The notes: a model not told the origin generated them from the letters alone. DNA of 64,000 nt from Eledone cirrhosa (GCA_964016885.1 OZ024745.1:134664682-134728681), one strand, 5' to 3'; positions 1 through 12,205 are shown, counted from the first letter of the stretch. Translations and numbers: made by a program.

Positions 1-420
1 TGCTTGAAAGGGTGGGACAGGTCCTCTTGAGCAAAGCATCTCTTCACTTGTCACGGTCCTTCGTCATCTCCTTGGTGAGTTTCAGCGATCTGAAGTCGGC
101 TCTCACCACCTCCACCCATGTTTTTCGTGGTCTTCCTCTACTGCGTCTCCCTTCTTTACCCAGCGCTCAACCTCCATGCGCATCACATGTCCATACCATC
201 TCAGTCCTCTCTTGCACACCACAACTTATCCCTCTTAAACACAGTTTCTCTCTCAACTCGTTTATGCTTGGTCGTTCCCGCACATTGACATTGCACATCC
301 AACGGAGCGTGCTTGCTTCATTTCTCTCCAGCCATCGCATACCCTCTGCAGTTGCTGTCCATGTTTCACTACCATGCAGGGTCGCACATCTCGCATAGGC
401 ATCATGTAACCACACTTTCG
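1..420 (-). mobile_element. RTE-clade LINE ORF2 3' fragment (copies ~3301-3760, ~6641-7075)
   Basis: LHGSETW...LERNEASTLRWMC...ELREKL matches the RTE C-terminal YGSETW region; frameshifted. Confidence 0.85.
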
Positions 421-440
421 TACGCATATATATATTTGTA

Positions 441-481
<41 letters not shown>

Positions 482-487
482 ATATTT

Positions 488-647
488 GTCCTGGGTATGA
501 CATTAAACTACATCCAGTGGCAAGGCTCAAGTTCAGGAGGAACTGTGGGGAACATGGAGTTACCCCCTTAGTTGTCATAACTCCCAGGTCTGCTCTGGCC
601 TGGTGTAGTAGTACCTGTTGGGGCCCCATTTATAGGTTAAATAATAA
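488..647 (+). mobile_element. Short interspersed repeat, probable SINE 3' part (copies 3828-3987, 12398-12560)
   Basis: gtcctgggtatgacattaaactacatccagtg...ccccatttat..aaataataa occurs in two unrelated contexts, each after a TA/CA-rich run. Confidence 0.7.
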
Positions 648-1100
648 GATGACAGATCGGCGTACCCTATCAAAGGCCTTCTCTAGGTCAACAAAGGCTA
701 AGTATAGTGGCTTATTTTTCTCTAAGAACCTCTCTTGTAATTGTCTCATCAAGAAGAGGGCATCTGTTGTACTATTCCCAGGCACAAAACCAAACTGCAT
801 CTCATCTAGTTTGACCCTTTCTCTAATTAGTTGTGCTAATATCCTTTCTGCCACTTTCATAACCTGATCCATCAGTTTTATATCCCTATAATTTCTCCTC
901 TCAAGAGCGTCCCCTTTACTTTTGCACTAGTCTTTGGGTATGACACTGCCATATATAGCCTGATTGATGATGTGTGCAACCAGTTTAGTGCCTACGTCCC
1001 CTGAGGCCTTCAGCATCTCAGCAACTATCTCCGATGGTCCAGCAGCCTCACCATTTTTCAATTCCTTAATCGCCTCTTGGACCCTATATTCGTTAATCTC
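648..1100 (-). mobile_element. RTE LINE reverse-transcriptase fragment (copy 3988-4440)
   Basis: LMDQVMKVAERIL...QFGFVPGNSTTDALF...YLAFVDLEKAFDRV; upstream GPSEIVAEMLKA. Confidence 0.9.
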
Positions 1101-1949
1101 AATTTTAAATGGACCTCTTGATAAGACGAAATGACCTGTATAATTTTTTTTTCATATTTAGATGGAATAGAAGAAAAAGAAGAGAAATGAAAGCAATGAA
1201 ATTAAGTTTTAGAGAAAATATACGCCAACGACAATGGAGGTATGATTTCAGTTTAATCTTAACCTAATGACCACTTTACAGAGTGTACTGGGTGTGTCTT
1301 ACCTCGCTATGTTTACTGTAAACCCTAGATAACGAATGCCTTGTTGAGTGTTGTGAATTGTGAACGTGAGGTTGTGTTGTGGGGTTGCTTGGTGAGGTTG
1401 CATAAGAAGGGTGTTGTGAGTTTGCATTATGATGTAGCTTTGTGAGGCTTTGTTGTGAATTGATAAATATTTGAAAACACACCTCTGTCCCCTCAACAGT
1501 CAGTCAGTCATTTTCTACTAAAACTCATTGATGCGAGTCCCTAGCATTGTATCTGTAAGTACATTATGACTATTTTCTCTTGGTGGACTTGACATTCAAA
1601 GATATTTGTATATATTTTGTTGATGTTGTTTGTTAGTTAGGAAATTGCTTAAAAGCTACTTTGATCACAGCACTTTGTAAAGGCAACATATGTTTAAGAT
1701 TCTTTTTTTCTTTTATTTTTGTTATTCAGATGACAGAGAAGGCAAAGAAAGGCACAGAAGAAAAGAACAATGACGATTATTATTATTATTATTACTATTA
1801 TTATTTGTTTTATTATAATCAAAATATGCTGTTAGTTTGCCTGCTATCCCACTACGTGCCTGCTATCGCACTCGATCTTTTGTGTACGTTTTATATAATT
1901 TATGCCAGTTCCGTTTCTGCATATCGAACATGGCCATTTCCCTGACGGA

Positions 1950-2810
1950 ATAGAGTTTTGTCCTCTTTTCTACTCATCAACACTCATTCGTGACACAAAG
2001 TACAGCGGCATCATTGCGGACAGACTTAATCCCGATTTGCACTGACACACTGCCTCGCAGTACGGAACAGCGCACGTCGTCGAGCAGCCTCCTTGCATGC
2101 TAAGTACACCTGACGTCTAGCTTCTCTCTTAGCGGCTGTATATTCTTCTCTACTCGCACTAATTTTGCAAGCATTCCATGCTAGTCTTTAGTCTCCAATG
2201 GCCCGATCTACCGTGCTGTCCCACCACCATGTCACTCTCTGTCTGGTTGGAACTCTGATCCAGCCACAAGTTTCATCAGTAACCTGCAGTAAGGTATCGC
2301 ATAAGAAATTCCAGTTATCATCTATGTTGTACGACTCTAAATCGTCTTCTTTTTCATCATACACATATTGAAGGGCTTTCCTAAATTTGTATTTTAGTGA
2401 GAGCTCTTTTAGCTTCCAGACCTTTCTTTTTTCCACACCTTCCTGTATGTCTCATTCAGTCTCTTGCTTAATGAGATATCACTAACGACTAACCTATGCT
2501 GTGGGGTACATTCTTCCCCGGGGTATGCCTTTGCATTTGACACCATCTGCCTGTCCCGCTGCCTAACTAGCAAGAAATCAATCTGGCTTATGTGCTTGCC
2601 TGATTTGTAGGTTATTAGGTGGTTGGCAGATTTGTGTAAGTTAGTGTTGTAGATGGTTAGTGCAATTGCATTGCAAAATTCAAGAAGTTTCACTGCTTCA
2701 TTTCTTAAGCCGTAAGTGTGCCCAACATGTACCTCAGTGTAACCATCGTAGAGCTGTCCAACATGACCATTGAAATCCCCTGCTAGCATAACGATGTCTC
2801 CGTCCTGTCA
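1950..2810 (-). mobile_element. RTE LINE APE-endonuclease and linker fragment (copy 5290-6150)
   Basis: GDFNGHVG, SQIDFLLV, QHRLVV and TWWWD motifs; frameshifts. Confidence 0.88.
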
Positions 2811-2886
2811 TTGTGGCTGTTTGTAAAAATTGCTTGTAAATGCAGAATTTCTTGTCTTTACCTAGCAGCAGTTTCTTGCTCTCAAT

Positions 2887-2940
2887 TAACCCTAAAACTA
2901 GTCGTAACGCTAACAGTAACACTAACCGTAACACTAACTT
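2887..2940 (+). repeat. Degenerate TAACCC-like hexamer tract, 9 units (copy 6227-6280)
   Basis: taaccc taaaac tagtcg taacgc taacag taacac taaccg taacac taactt. Confidence 0.7.
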
Positions 2941-3780
2941 ATGCAGGCCTAGGTAAAGACGAGAAAGATAAAACAAGGAGTGATGCTATTTGAATTTTGT
3001 GATGCAAGTGTTTTAACCATTTGCAAAACCAACTTCCGCAAACCTGCCAACTGCCTAATAACCTACAAATTAGGCAAGCACAGAAGCCGGATTTCTCGGT
3101 AGTTAGGCAGCGAGACAGACAGATGGTGTGAAGTACCAGGGTGTGCCCCGGGGAGGACTGTTTCCCACAGCGTGGGTTGGTTGTTGGTGATGTCTCGGTG
3201 ATCCTGAGACGGAGTGAGGAGGGTGTTTATAGGTAAATAGATAGACTGATGCACAGATATCTGGATAGATTGATAGAGAGATAGATATATAGAGAGCATC
3301 ATTATCATCGTCTGTTCATCATTTTACGTCCGCTTTTCCCTGCTTGAAAGGGTGGGACAGGTCCTCTTGAGCAAAGCATCTCTTCACTTGTCACGGTCCT
3401 TCGTCATCTCCTTGGTGAGTTTCAGCGATCTGAAGTCGGCTCTCACCACCTCCACCCATGTTTTTCGTGGTCTTCCTCTACTGCGTCTCCCTTCTTTACC
3501 CAGCGCTCAACCTCCATGCGCATCACATGTCCATACCATCTCAGTCCTCTCTTGCACACCACAACTTATCCCTCTTAAACACAGTTTCTCTCTCAACTCG
3601 TTTATGCTTGGTCGTTCCCGCACATTGACATTGCACATCCAACGGAGCGTGCTTGCTTCATTTCTCTCCAGCCATCGCATACCCTCTGCAGTTGCTGTCC
3701 ATGTTTCACTACCATGCAGGGTCGCACATCTCGCATAGGCATCATGTAACCACACTTTCGTACGCATATATATATTTGTA

Positions 3781-3821
<41 letters not shown>

Positions 3822-6800
3822 ATATTTGTCCTGGGTATGACATTAAACTACATCCAGTGGCAAGGCTCAAGTTCAGGAGGAACTGTGGGGAACATGGAGT
3901 TACCCCCTTAGTTGTCATAACTCCCAGGTCTGCTCTGGCCTGGTGTAGTAGTACCTGTTGGGGCCCCATTTATAGGTTAAATAATAAGATGACAGATCGG
4001 CGTACCCTATCAAAGGCCTTCTCTAGGTCAACAAAGGCTAAGTATAGTGGCTTATTTTTCTCTAAGAACCTCTCTTGTAATTGTCTCATCAAGAAGAGGG
4101 CATCTGTTGTACTATTCCCAGGCACAAAACCAAACTGCATCTCATCTAGTTTGACCCTTTCTCTAATTAGTTGTGCTAATATCCTTTCTGCCACTTTCAT
4201 AACCTGATCCATCAGTTTTATATCCCTATAATTTCTCCTCTCAAGAGCGTCCCCTTTACTTTTGCACTAGTCTTTGGGTATGACACTGCCATATATAGCC
4301 TGATTGATGATGTGTGCAACCAGTTTAGTGCCTACGTCCCCTGAGGCCTTCAGCATCTCAGCAACTATCTCCGATGGTCCAGCAGCCTCACCATTTTTCA
4401 ATTCCTTAATCGCCTCTTGGACCCTATATTCGTTAATCTCAATTTTAAATGGACCTCTTGATAAGACGAAATGACCTGTATAATTTTTTTTTCATATTTA
4501 GATGGAATAGAAGAAAAAGAAGAGAAATGAAAGCAATGAAATTAAGTTTTAGAGAAAATATACGCCAACGACAATGGAGGTATGATTTCAGTTTAATCTT
4601 AACCTAATGACCACTTTACAGAGTGTACTGGGTGTGTCTTACCTCGCTATGTTTACTGTAAACCCTAGATAACGAATGCCTTGTTGAGTGTTGTGAATTG
4701 TGAACGTGAGGTTGTGTTGTGGGGTTGCTTGGTGAGGTTGCATAAGAAGGGTGTTGTGAGTTTGCATTATGATGTAGCTTTGTGAGGCTTTGTTGTGAAT
4801 TGATAAATATTTGAAAACACACCTCTGTCCCCTCAACAGTCAGTCAGTCATTTTCTACTAAAACTCATTGATGCGAGTCCCTAGCATTGTATCTGTAAGT
4901 ACATTATGACTATTTTCTCTTGGTGGACTTGACATTCAAAGATATTTGTATATATTTTGTTGATGTTGTTTGTTAGTTAGGAAATTGCTTAAAAGCTACT
5001 TTGATCACAGCACTTTGTAAAGGCAACATATGTTTAAGATTCTTTTTTTCTTTTATTTTTGTTATTCAGATGACAGAGAAGGCAAAGAAAGGCACAGAAG
5101 AAAAGAACAATGACGATTATTATTATTATTATTACTATTATTATTTGTTTTATTATAATCAAAATATGCTGTTAGTTTGCCTGCTATCCCACTACGTGCC
5201 TGCTATCGCACTCGATCTTTTGTGTACGTTTTATATAATTTATGCCAGTTCCGTTTCTGCATATCGAACATGGCCATTTCCCTGACGGAATAGAGTTTTG
5301 TCCTCTTTTCTACTCATCAACACTCATTCGTGACACAAAGTACAGCGGCATCATTGCGGACAGACTTAATCCCGATTTGCACTGACACACTGCCTCGCAG
5401 TACGGAACAGCGCACGTCGTCGAGCAGCCTCCTTGCATGCTAAGTACACCTGACGTCTAGCTTCTCTCTTAGCGGCTGTATATTCTTCTCTACTCGCACT
5501 AATTTTGCAAGCATTCCATGCTAGTCTTTAGTCTCCAATGGCCCGATCTACCGTGCTGTCCCACCACCATGTCACTCTCTGTCTGGTTGGAACTCTGATC
5601 CAGCCACAAGTTTCATCAGTAACCTGCAGTAAGGTATCGCATAAGAAATTCCAGTTATCATCTATGTTGTACGACTCTAAATCGTCTTCTTTTTCATCAT
5701 ACACATATTGAAGGGCTTTCCTAAATTTGTATTTTAGTGAGAGCTCTTTTAGCTTCCAGACCTTTCTTTTTTCCACACCTTCCTGTATGTCTCATTCAGT
5801 CTCTTGCTTAATGAGATATCACTAACGACTAACCTATGCTGTGGGGTACATTCTTCCCCGGGGTATGCCTTTGCATTTGACACCATCTGCCTGTCCCGCT
5901 GCCTAACTAGCAAGAAGTCAATCTGGCTTATGTGCTTGCCTGATTTGTAGGTTATTAGGTGGTTGGCAGATTTGTGTAAGTTAGTGTTGTAGATGGTTAG
6001 TGCAATTGCATTGCAAAATTCAAGAAGTTTCACTGCTTCATTTCTTAAGCCGTAAGTGTGCCCAACATGTACCTCAGTGTAACCATCGTAGAGCTGTCCA
6101 ACATGACCATTGAAATCCCCTGCTAGCATAACGATGTCTCCGTCCTGTCATTGTGGCTGTTTGTAAAAATTGCTTGTAAATGCAGAATTTCTTGTCTTTA
6201 CCTAGCAGCAGTTTCTTGCTCTCAATTAACCCTAAAACTAGTCGTAACGCTAACAGTAACACTAACCGTAACACTAACTTATGCAGGCCTAGGTAAAGAC
6301 GAGAAAGATAAAACAAGGAGTGATGCTATTTGAATTTTGTGATGCAAGTGTTTTAACCATTTGCAAAACCAACTTCCGCAAACCTGCCAACTGCCTAATA
6401 ACCTACAAATTAGGCAAGCACAGAAGCCGGATTTCTCGGTAGTTAGGCAGCGAGACAGACAGATGGTGTGAAGTACCAGGGTGTGCCCCGGGGAGGACTG
6501 TTTCCCACAGCGTGGGTTGGTTGTTGGTGATGTCTCGGTGATCCTGAGACGGAGTGAGGAGGGTGTTTATAGGTAAATAGATAGACTGATGCACAGATAT
6601 CTGGATAGATTGATAGAGAGATAGATATATAGAGAGCATCATTATCATCGTCTGTTCATCATTTTACGTCCGCTTTTCCCTGCTTGAAAGGGTGGGACAG
6701 GTCCTCTTGAGCAAAGCATCTCTTCACTTGTCACGGTCCTTCGTCATCTCCTTGGTGAGTTTCAGCGATCTGAAGTCGGCTCTCACCACCTCCACCCATG

Positions 6801-7075
6801 TTTTTCGTGGTCTTCCTCTACTGCGTCTCCCTTCTTTACCCAGCGCTCAACCTCCATGCGCATCACATGTCCATACCATCTCAGTCCTCTCTTGCACACC
6901 ACAACTTATCCCTCTTAAACACAGTTTCTCTCTCAACTCGTTTATGCTTGGTCGTTCCCGCACATTGACATTGCACATCCAACGGAGCGTGCTTGCTTCA
7001 TTTCTCTCCAGCCATCGCATACCCTCTGCAGTTGCTGTCCATGTCTCACTACCATGCAGCATCGCGCATCTCACT

Positions 7076-7106
<31 letters not shown>

Positions 7107-7125
7107 GTACATACATATATATTAT

Positions 7126-7725
7126 GTCAGGTCACCAGTTGGTGCTACTGGTAACATGTATCCCAGTACAACCTGTCTCCTGGTCGGGTCGTTGGCGACT
7201 AAACTGGCAACCCCACTAAGGTTTCTTGGTGAGGAGGGTGACTTTGGACATCCTGCAGGACTAAAAACAAAACCTGTCAAAGGGCAAAGGAGCTCTTAAG
7301 AGTCAATGGCCATCCAAAATCACCGGGAGAGATGACCCCTTAGCCTGTGTCAAGGCAGAATTCTAGAAGGAAAACTCTGATATAACACCTGCAACCCTGA
7401 TGGTATCCAATGATGTTGACTTGTTTTGCTTTTTGGTAAATATCATCTTGGTTAAGAGAGTGGGACTGGCTTTGTGCAGTGCCTTTGCTCACTATAAAAG
7501 CTTCACAGCACAGGCATTGCTTTATATCTGGAGATCTCTCTGCACTCGTCGTCACATGGTACGATTGGCCCAGCACTGTCAATAATTGTCACAAGTGTAG
7601 TGTTTGTACCAGAGTTTTCAAGTCACTGGCTGGACTAAAACGTCACACTCGTTCAGCCCATCGGTAGGGGTTCTCCTACATGGATATAAAGTAGGGGCCG
7701 TACTCGAAAAAGAGTTGGCAACCAC
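7126..7725 (+). mobile_element. Internally deleted RTE-type non-LTR element ending in a C2H2-finger coding tail
   Basis: 3' part translates CSVCTRVFKSLAGLKRHTRSAH*, like RTE ORF2 C-termini; bounded by microsatellites. Confidence 0.55.
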
Positions 7726-7783
7726 CATATATATGTATATATGTATATATTTATATGTATGTATATATGCATATATTTGTATG

Positions 7784-7824
<41 letters not shown>

Positions 7825-7849
7825 TTCTGGCTTTCTCTTATTTTCACTC

Positions 7850-8715
7850 ACTCCTCCGCTAGCTCACTTCCTTCCTCGTCCGTAACTGTCTCTTCTCTTG
7901 CTCACACTTCTACAGTGAATGTGTCTTTTTTTCTTATCAAACCCGCCAGAACTTGTGTTCGAAATCAATTGTTCACTCGTTTTTTTTTTTTTTTTTTTTC
8001 CTTTCTTTTTGTTGCTTCAGCCTTTGTGTCTGTTTATATTTTTCTCTCTCTCTCCCCTCTTTTTTATCCCAATAACTTATTTTAGTTATTGTTCGGCCTA
8101 GGTTGAGGCATCTTGTCTCTAACGCGAAGAAATGCCTATGATTCCTAGCAGACAACTGACGATGGATATTGCCCTCTTTTGCCCGTAACTTTTATTTTGA
8201 TTATATTTCAATGCAACCACACAGCTTGCCATTTTATTCACATAGTTTTCTTCTCAGTTGTGACCCATCTCTCTTCTATCCCCTTGTTGCTATGCTCTCT
8301 CTCCCCCTTCTCCCTCTTCTGCTAGTCACCTTCTCTCGGCTAACCTGCCACTTCTAAAGCAGTCTCTTCTCTCACTCACACTGCTACAGTGAAGACATGC
8401 ATTTTTTTTTCTCGTTAAACCCACCAGAACTTATGTTCAAAATGAGTTGTTGACTTGATTTTTCCTCTTTTCGTTTCTTCACCCTTCATGTGTGTATCCA
8501 TTTTTCTCTCTCCCCCTTTTTTTATTCCAATAACTTATTTTAGTTATTGTTCGCCCTAGGTTGAGGCATCTTGTCTCTAACGCGAAGAAATGCCTATGAT
8601 TCCTAGCAGACAACTGACGATGGATATTGCCCTCTTTTGCCCATAACTTTTCTTTTCATTATACTTAAATGCAACCACACAGCTTGCCATTTTATTCATA
8701 GTTTCCTTCTCCGCT
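7850..8715 (+). repeat. Diverged tandem duplication, period ~458 bp
   Basis: cctaggttgaggcatcttgtctctaacgcgaagaaatgcc...ctgacgatgg at 8097 and 8555. Confidence 0.9.
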
Positions 8716-8985
8716 GAGTTTTGTCCTCTTTTCTACTCATCAACAATTTTGTCTTAGCTATGTTCACTCTCAGTCCTCTTAATTCCAACTCTGTTTTCAT
8801 AGCCAGAATTTATTCTCAAGCTCTTCTACTGATTTTATCATCAGCATAGATAAGTTTCTGTAAACAGGATGTATTCCTACTTGTATCTGGAATTTGTCAC
8901 TAAACTCCATTCCTACCCTCACTTTACTGACAGCACCTCTGTACAAAGCTTGCAATGTCCTCACAAGCCATTCATCAACACCTAC
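8716..8985 (-). mobile_element. RTE LINE RT fragment
   Basis: GVDEWLVRTLQALYRGAVSKVRVG...GIHP. Confidence 0.75.
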
Positions 8986-9066
8986 ACCGAAAAACAACCC
9001 AAACCAAACCGTGTGTTCTGTTATTATTTCTTGCAATATTTATAACAATATGACTCTCCCCTGTTA

Positions 9067-9103
<37 letters not shown>

Positions 9104-9289
9104 TCATACAAATATGTATCGCAGCATTATCAATAAAGGACTTTAACATCTGAAAGTATTTCGCATTTTATCATTATATATATATGCACACATACACACA
9201 CATACACCGAGAGAGACGACATATATTTATATATGCTAGCTGAAGAACTGCCCTTTGGGCGTTTTTCTGCTAGTATATATAGACATAAG

Positions 9290-11640
9290 TTTTTGTAGTG
9301 TCCCTTTTCTATCATTTAAAAAGAAACTGAAATGCATTTCAACTAAAAGAGTGATAGCTGTTTCACATGACTGTAGAATTTCTTTGTAGACACAGTTGCC
9401 AGCAAACAGACACCTTTCATTTAATATTTTAATATTTTCTTTTTTGTGATAATGCAACATACGTGAGAATTGTGTTTGTAGATAAATGTATGCCCTTGAA
9501 GGTTGTTTCAACTATTTGTGGTCTATCACCATGACGTAGAACTGGAAGAATTTGGTTTTAGTCACCAGATACCACTAAATGGCTTTTTGCAATCTCGAAC
9601 ATCTTTGAAACTCCTGTCAGGCATTGAAAGATATTCTTATGTCCCATACCTCTCTCATCAATGATTAACAGGTCAGCTTGCTGCACAAGTTTACCTGTGT
9701 CATCCCTCTTTGTGAAGAAGCAAGTTGATTCAGCAGTCATATTGAGAGGAATCGTGCACTTGGAATGAAGAGTTCTTCGTTTGTGAAGCAAAGTGGCTGC
9801 TATTCCAGATATGGCAGTGGCAAGTGCAATTATTTTTTTACATTGGAGGTAATCCATTAGAATGCTTATGACCTGTACCTGCACTTGCATTCAAGCAGAA
9901 AATTCTGCCCTCATTTTCATTTACAGAGGTAATTACTTTGTGAAAAAGAACCAGTTGCTGAGGATTCAATGTTGGCAGAAGTTGATTTATTTGTTTGCAT
10001 GGACATGAATTGCTCATGACGTTCATGCATGATATCCTCTGCAAGACAATTCTTCTATTTCTCCCAGAACTGCAGAGGGTCATTTGGCATGCAGTGCAAT
10101 GCAATTAAATGGTGCAGAAGATCTGTGGCAGCTGAGGACCAACAGACTAAGTTAATCTTTATATGAAGTTTACCCAGCCTTGTGATGTATGATCATTCTG
10201 AGGTAATATAATTCAGATTGATGTCTTCTGAGAATGCGTCCAAGAGATTCACTCATAAATTGTTGATCACCATCCAGATGTCCCCTTTTTTTCTTTGCCA
10301 TTTTTTGTTTGTCCAAGTGAAATATTTAGGAATATCAATATACAATATATCTTGTTCCAGCGGGTCTCTAATATTCAGTTGAAAATATTCCGTGAACTTA
10401 GTCATTGGCTGTCCCCTAGAAAGAACTTTCTTCCTGCCCTTGCTCAAACACGACCATTTGTTCCCCAGGTAAATGGCAAGGCAACTTTCCAGAATGCTTC
10501 ACTGGCTGAGATGTACCATGCATTGATATAGGTCTCAATTTCATTTCGAGCATGGACACAATTTCCTCGATCATCCTTAATAGTGAAAGTGATTTTGTCT
10601 GATCCTTTTGTGATGTACTTTAAGTAGTTAACAACCTTGACACTGTAGACAACCTCACAATTGACCATGCTGTCTACCCCTTCTTCTATACTTTGAAAAA
10701 GAACTTTTGGCAACAAATGCGGTTTGCCTTGGGATAACTGTTCGAGCATTGTTATTGTTGTCCTAGCCCTTCCTTTCATGAGCACATCATATTAACTTGT
10801 CCACATGGGCCATGAATGTTGCAAGATGGGGATGATCTTCTGTAGAATTGGAATCTCACAGTACACTACCTGATCAATGTCATCAGCAGTTTTGTGCTTA
10901 CTATCTTCAGCCATTATCTGCAGAATATGAGCATGAGTGGGGCCTCGTTTCTGCCACTCTATTGTAGCAGAACGAGCAACAACTTTTCCTAGGACATTTT
11001 CTTTTTCAGTATGTCACCCATGAGGCTGTCATACTTGATGTTGAAGAATCTTGCACAAATATCAGGACGGTCTCTAGGTTCTTGACTAGGGTGCAAATTA
11101 TTTTTTATTTCATCCCAGTTAGAGTTAGTTGTTACCGTGATGAAATAAGACGACTTTACCATGTCGAACCACAGTCATCGAATTCTGAAAGCACTCAGTG
11201 TAGAAGCGATTGGGAACCATAGATTGAAGGTGGAAGAACAATTCTCCGGCCTTCATTTACTGAATCTCCCTCAGCATCATAGAAACCCTCATACTTTTCA
11301 GCTCACATCACGGTTCGATTGTTACGGCCATTTTGAGGTGACAACATTGTATTTTTCCCTGGGCATCTACAGCATATTGCTGCATCAGCCACCTGCTCTT
11401 CACGACAACATTAGTCACCTTACCTAACCTGAAACCGATAACCAGTGGGTGTGAGTGTGTGGTTGTTGTCAATCCTTTTCAAACCAACCCGAAACCCATC
11501 ATTCCCACAAGGAAACAGTAGCACAGGACAATATTCACATTTTCAGAGACTGGCATTTTAATTACTTTCTTGAAGCTTCTTATATGATAAATGTTACCTA
11601 TGATCTTAAATGTGGGACTAAACCCTGGCTTGCTCACCCC
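9290..11640 (-). mobile_element. Decayed autonomous Helitron (Rep/HUH nuclease plus PIF1 helicase), many deletions and frameshifts
   Basis: In order on the minus strand: GFSPTFKIIGNIYHI, LLFPCGNDG, QQYAVDA, YFITVTTN, RPDICARFF, IEWQKRGPTHAHIL, KYITKGSD, YISASEAFW, ATAISGIAATLL, LLIIDE. Confidence 0.92.
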
Positions 11641-11797
11641 CCCCCCTCTCTCTCTCCCATACACTGACATAAGATCATATAATTCAGCATTGTGGCTGTC
11701 TGTAAAATGTGAAAAGAAAGGCAAGGTTTTAACTGACATATAATTAGATGTATGTATTTATGCCATGTGCGTTAATTTATATACGCACAATAGTCAG

Positions 11798-11864
11798 TCT
11801 CCTGATCTGTTACAAACACAATTCTCAGGGCGAAACAGATTAAATCTCTAATCTGTCTGGGAGA
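11798..11864 (+). ncRNA. Decayed type I hammerhead ribozyme remnant
   Basis: GAAACAGATTA-aatctc-TAATCTGTC gives stem III plus a GUC site; TCTCC/GGAGA stem I; CUGANGA core is corrupted. Confidence 0.5.
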
Positions 11865-11946
11865 TGAAATAGTTATTGAAACGATCTGTACATTTTACTC
11901 TTTATCCTGTATTTTCCGTATGCTTCAGGTTAAATCTGTCAAACCA

Positions 11947-11992
<46 letters not shown>

Positions 11993-12166
11993 TCAACCAA
12001 CTGTGACGCCTAAACCAATCAGCTTTAGTAATCCAGTGAAACTACACACCGATTGGTCGAAATACAGTTTTCAAGATTTAGCATTCTGGAGCCACTTTTC
12101 ACAGTGGCAAAATTTACCCATCTCATTACAGTTGAAAATTGCAAACTTGACTGTCACCACACATTA

Positions 12167-12205
12167 TGAACCTGAAGATTGCGAAAGCATGAAAGTACTT
12201 GTTCA
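12167..12205 (+). ncRNA. Minimal type I hammerhead ribozyme (Penelope-like element type)
   Basis: TGAAC-CTGAAGA-T-TGC GAAA GCA-T-GAAA-GTAC-TT-GTTCA: full core, stems I and II, palindromic stem III (AGTACT), CUU site. Confidence 0.8.

Larger units (their letters stand above)
1..7075. repeat. Tandem segmental duplication, period 3340 bp (units 1-3340, 3341-6680, partial 6681-~7075)
   Basis: tgcttgaaagggtgggacag recurs at 1, 3341 and 6681; the ORF track repeats with offset 3340; the only difference I saw between units 1 and 2 is A2577/G5917. Confidence 0.97.
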
